A stretch of DNA of 64,000 bases. Origin: Somniosus microcephalus (taxonomy: Eukaryota). Within the stretch, counting starts at the first letter, position 1. Each line of letters opens with the position of its first letter. Positions 59,444 through 64,000 of the stretch are shown here, piece by piece. Position numbers and translations under genes: made by a program. The stretch is taken from positions 11,904,001-11,968,000 of the forward strand of contig JBMRGM010000038.1 of assembly GCA_052327205.1 (NCBI GenBank), in the 5' to 3' direction. Under the pieces are notes generated by a model. That model was not told the origin of the DNA. It worked only from the letters and a program-made list of their open reading frames with translations, and did not search any database.

Positions 59444-62400
59444 CATAGTGTCATAGATTTATACAGCACAGAAAGAGGCCCTTGGGCACATCGTGGCCGT
59501 GCAGGCCATCATGCCCTCTCTATTCTAATCCCATTTTCCAGCACTTGGTCCGTTGCCTTGTATGCTATGGGGTTTCAAGTGCTCATCTAAATGCTTCTTG
59601 AATGCTGTGAGGGCTCTTGCCTCTACCACCCTTTGAGCCAGTGATTTCCAGATTCCAACCACCCTCTGGGTGAAAAAGTTTTTCCCCAGATCCCCTCTAA
59701 ACCTCCTGCCACTTACCTTGAAACTATGCCCTCTGGGTATTGACGCCTCAACTAAGGGGAAAAGTTCCTTTCTGTCTACCTATGCTCCTCATAATTTTGT
59801 ACACATCAATCAAGTCCCCACCCAACCTTCTCTGCTCTAATGAAAACAACCCCAGCCTGTCCAGTCTCTCTTTATAGCTGGAACGCTCCAGTCCAGGTAA
59901 TATCCTGGTGAAACTCCTCTGCACCCTCTCAAATGCAATCACATCCTTCCTATGGTATGGCGACCAGAACTGCACACAGTATTCCATTTGTGGTCTAACT
60001 AACGTTTTGTACAGCTCCATCACAACGTCGCTGCTCTTATATATATTGCGTCGGCTAATGAAGGCAATTATCCCATAAGCCTTTTTAACCACCTTATCTA
60101 CCTGTCCTGCTGCCTTCAGGGATCTATGCACATGCACACCAAGGTCCCTCTGATCCTCTGTCCTTGATAGGGTCCTACCATTCATTGTGTATTCCCTTGC
60201 TGTGTTACTCTTCACAAAATGCATCACCTCACAATTTTCAGGGTTAAATTCCGTTTGACACTGTTCTGCCCATCTGACCAACCTATCTATATCGTCCTGT
60301 AGCCTGAGGCTTCCCTCCTCACTATTGACCACTCCAACAATTTTCGTGTCATCTGCGAACTTACTGATCATACCTCCTACATTCGTATCTAAATCATTAC
60401 TGTACACTACAAACAGCATAGGACCCAGCACCGATCCCGGCAGTTCACCACTGGAGACAGGCTTCCAGTCATGAAAGCAACCTTCGGCCATCACCCTCTG
60501 CCTCCTGTCACGAAGCCAATTTTGGATCCAATGTGCCAAATTTCCCTGGATCCCATGGGCTCTTATCGTCTTGATCAGTCTCCCATGCGGGACTTTGTCA
60601 AAAGCCTTACTGAAATACATGTAGTCTACATCAACTGCTCTACCCTCATCCACAAAACTAGTCACCCCCTCGAAAAATTCCATCAAATTGGTTAGACATG
60701 ATCTCCCCTTGACAATGCCATGCTGACTATCCTTGATTAATCATTGCCTCTCCAATTGGAGAGTAATTCTGTCCCTCAGAATTGTTTCCCATAATTTCCC
60801 AACCACTGATGTTAGGTTCACTGGCCTGTAATTCCCTTGTTTATCCCTACTACACTTCTTGAATAATGGTACTACGGTGTTTGTCCTCCAGTCGTCTGGC
60901 AGCTCCCCTGTGGCCAGAGAGGATCTGAAAATTTGTGTCAGAGGCCCTGCTATAATCTCCCTCGCTTCACAGAGCAGCCTGCGATACATCTCGTCTGGGC
61001 CTGAGGATTTATCCAATTTGAAGCCCGTTAAAACCGCTAGTGCCTCCTTCCTCTCAACACTAATTTGTTCAAGTATATCACAATCTCCCTGCCTGATTTC
61101 TCTGCCTACATCAACCTTCTCCATAGTGAACACAGATGCAAAATATTCATTTAAAACCTCAACTACGTCTTCCAGCTCTACACACAGCTTGCCACTTTGG
61201 TCCCTAATGTGCCCTATTCTTTCCCTGTTTATCCACTTGCCCTTAATATATTTATAACGCACCTTGGGATTTTCCTTAATTTTGCCCGCCAGTGTATTGT
61301 CATGCCCCCTCTTCGCTCTCCTAATGACTTTTTTAAATAACCCCCTGCAAATTCTATACTCCTCTAGGGCTTCCACTGTCTTTAGTCCTTTATATCTGCC
61401 AAAGCCTCCCTTTTTTTCCTAATCCATTCTTGTATATCCCTTGACATCCAGGGTTCCCTGGAATTTTTGGTCCCACTTTTGACCTTTATGGGAACATGTT
61501 GGCGTTGTACTCTCCCTAATCCCTATCGGAATGGATCCCACTGCTCTGATGTGGATTTTCCTGGAAATAGCTGAAGCCAGTCCACTATGGCCAGATCCTG
61601 CCTTATCATATTAAAATCGGCCTTCCCACAGGTTAGAACCTTTATTTCCGGTCCACCTGTGTCCTTTTCCATGATTACCTTAAATCTCACCGAATAATGG
61701 TCACTGTCAGCAAAATGCTCTCCTAATGCCACTTCTACCAATTGCCCGGTTACTTTCCCTAGAATTAGGTCCAGTACCGCCCCTTCTCTTGTAGGGCTTT
61801 CTAAATGCTGGCTCAACAAGCTCTCCTGGATGCACTTTAAGTATTATGCACCCTCTAAAGCTTTCACACTATGACCATCGCAGTTAATATTGGGGAAGTT
61901 GAAATCCCCTACTATTATTTCACTATTATTTCTACACTTCTCTGAGATTTACCTACATATCTGTTCTACGATCTCCCCATGACTGTTTGAGGGCCTGTAG
62001 TAGACTCCGAGAAAAGTGCTTGCCCCCTTTTCGTTTTTAAGTTCTACCCATATGGCTTCATTAGAGGAACCTGCTAAGATATCATCCCTCCTAACAGCAG
62101 TAATTGCCTCCTTGATGAATATTGTGACAACCCCTCCTCTTTTACACCCCCTCTGTCTCGCCTGAAGATTCTATACCATGGAATATTGAGCTGCCAGTCC
62201 TGTCCCTCCCTCAACCATGTCTCTGTGATAGCAACAATATCCTACTCCCATGTGTTCATCAATACCTTCAATTCATCTGCCTTTCTCGTAAGAATCCTTG
62301 CATTAAAATAAATGCCATCCAGCCTTGCCATACACCCTGCTGCCATTATCTATTTGTGCTGCCATCCAGACTGACTTGTTTTGTCCTCTATATTTGGCTG

Positions 62401-63620
62401 TGCATTACCGTCTGCTGCAGCTCCACTCTGTATCCCACCCCCCTGCCAAGTTAGTTTAACCCCCCTGCAACAGCACTAGCAAGCTTCCCCACAAGGATGT
62501 TTGTCTGTTCCGGTTCAAGTGCAACCCGTCCGACTTGTACAGGTCCCACCTTCCCCAGAAGCAGGCCCACTGATCCAGGAAACTAAAGCACTCCCTCCTG
62601 CACCAAAACTTTAGCCACGCATTCATTTGCTCTATTCTCCAATTCATATATTCTCTAACACGTGGCACCGGGAGTAATCCAGACATTACTACCTTTGAGG
62701 TCCTGCTTTTTAATCTGCTACCTAGCTCCCTAAATTCTTGTTGCAGGACCTCATCCGTCTTTCTACCTATGTCACTGGTACCAATGTGAACCACGACCTC
62801 TGAATGTTCGCCCTCCCCCTTCAGAATGCCCTGCAGCCGTTCAGTGACATCCTTGACCCTAACACCAGGGAGGCAACATACCATCCTGGAGTCACGACTG
62901 CGACCACAGAAACACCTGTCTGCACCCCCCACTATCCTACCACTATTGCACTTCCACTCTTACTCCTCCCCCCCTTGTGCAGCTGAGCCACCCACAGTGC
63001 CGTGAACTTGGCTCTGGCTGCACTCCCCAGAGAAACCGTCACATTCACCGTTTCCCAACACAGAAAAATGGTTGTTGAATGAGATGCACTCTGGGACTTT
63101 CCTGACAAATTGCCTGCCCCGCTTCTTCTGACTGGTGGTCACCCATTCCCTCTCTGACAGCACTTTCTTAAGCTGCGGGTGACCACGCCTAAAAACGTGC
63201 TATCCACATAATTCTCAGTCTCGCGGATACACAGCAGTGCCTCCAGCTGACACTCGAGCTCCGAAAACCGGATCTCAATTTGGCCAAACCGTTGGCACTT
63301 ATTGCACACGTGGTCTTCCTGACTGAAAGAAGCATCTAGGAATTCCCACATGCTGCAGGCCATGCAACTCACGGGACTAAGGTGCCCTGGCATACTTATA
63401 AATAAAAAACTCATACCTGAAATTTAAGCTCTCGGATTGTTGCTCTCCCGAAAAGCATTAACTATGAACTACCTTAAAAGAAATTAACATAGAATTGAAA
63501 AAAAAGCACTCACCTACTACTCATCAATCAGATTCTTCCCCTGCGCCAGCGTGACTTTCTTTACTCTGACGTCACTCTCGAATTCTGCCGCCGCTCCTGC
63601 TGCTCGACTGGGCCTGAAAA
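59444..63620 (-). mobile_element. CR1 LINE, near full length, degenerate (ORF1 zinc finger + esterase, ORF2 APE + RT)
   Basis: CMACSMWE...HVCNKC (63139-63414), CLPG...HIGTSD...DGLHL (62456-62932), KFADD (59748-60686), catag tail. Confidence 0.95.
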
Positions 63621-63689
63621 TCACCGACCTAAATTTTGTCCCCCAGCCGCTGCTCCCTGGCAGGTCCGCTGCTCCCGCTTCTGCCCAAG

Positions 63690-63965
63690 AAGAAGCAGAA
63701 CTCGACATTTCTGGCAAAAGCTGGTTGCAAACTCTTCAGCCTTAGCATTTGCACTCACACGCTGCCCTCCGCCACCATTGGGGATGGGGACACAGTAACC
63801 AGACATTGCTCTAAAGTCTGTCTCACTGTTTCCCCATTGTCATGCACAGAAGTGCCTGATGACCCCATTTTGATGCTTGGTCTCCTTAGGCACCTTGGAA
63901 TTCTGGAGAACATGCTTCGTAGTTTGCAGAAACGCCGCTTAAATCTGCTGTTGTGAACCGAGGCA
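63690..63965 (-). mobile_element. Degenerate LINE ORF2 fragment
   Basis: Minus-strand SANAKAEEFATSFCQKCRV resembles the CR1/L2-group inter-domain region. Confidence 0.5.
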
Positions 63966-64000
63966 GCACTTTAGGATCCTTTAATAATCTCTCACAAATG

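Overview
Vertebrate genomic DNA, most likely from a cartilaginous fish (inferred from V-SINE/HE1-type SINEs, CR1 LINEs and Penelope-like remnants). There is no host protein-coding gene. The backbone (~13.5-58.3 kb) is a decaying tandem array of ~2.3-kb units. Each unit carries tRNA-Val(TAC)(-), tRNA-Val(CAC)(+), a tRNA-Pro(CGG)-like gene with an intron-like insert (-) and tRNA-Val(AAC)(-). There are about ten direct units plus one inverted unit, with further tRNA pseudogenes (Ile, Asp, Val, Asn, Trp, Glu) at the edges. The array is heavily invaded by mobile elements: five long CR1 LINEs (four inside the array, one just beyond it), two V-SINEs, a Penelope-like fragment containing a nested Helitron, and a full-length two-gene PIF/Harbinger transposon with related MITEs (three stacked in one CR1 tail). 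Upstream lie a truncated ERV (tRNA-Ser PBS, nested solo LTR) and tandem non-autonomous Helitrons around a 500-N gap. The most unusual signals are the intron-bearing tRNA-Pro(CGG) lineage and a structurally intact Val-body tRNA with a TGC (Ala) anticodon. All calls were made by eye; no searches were run.
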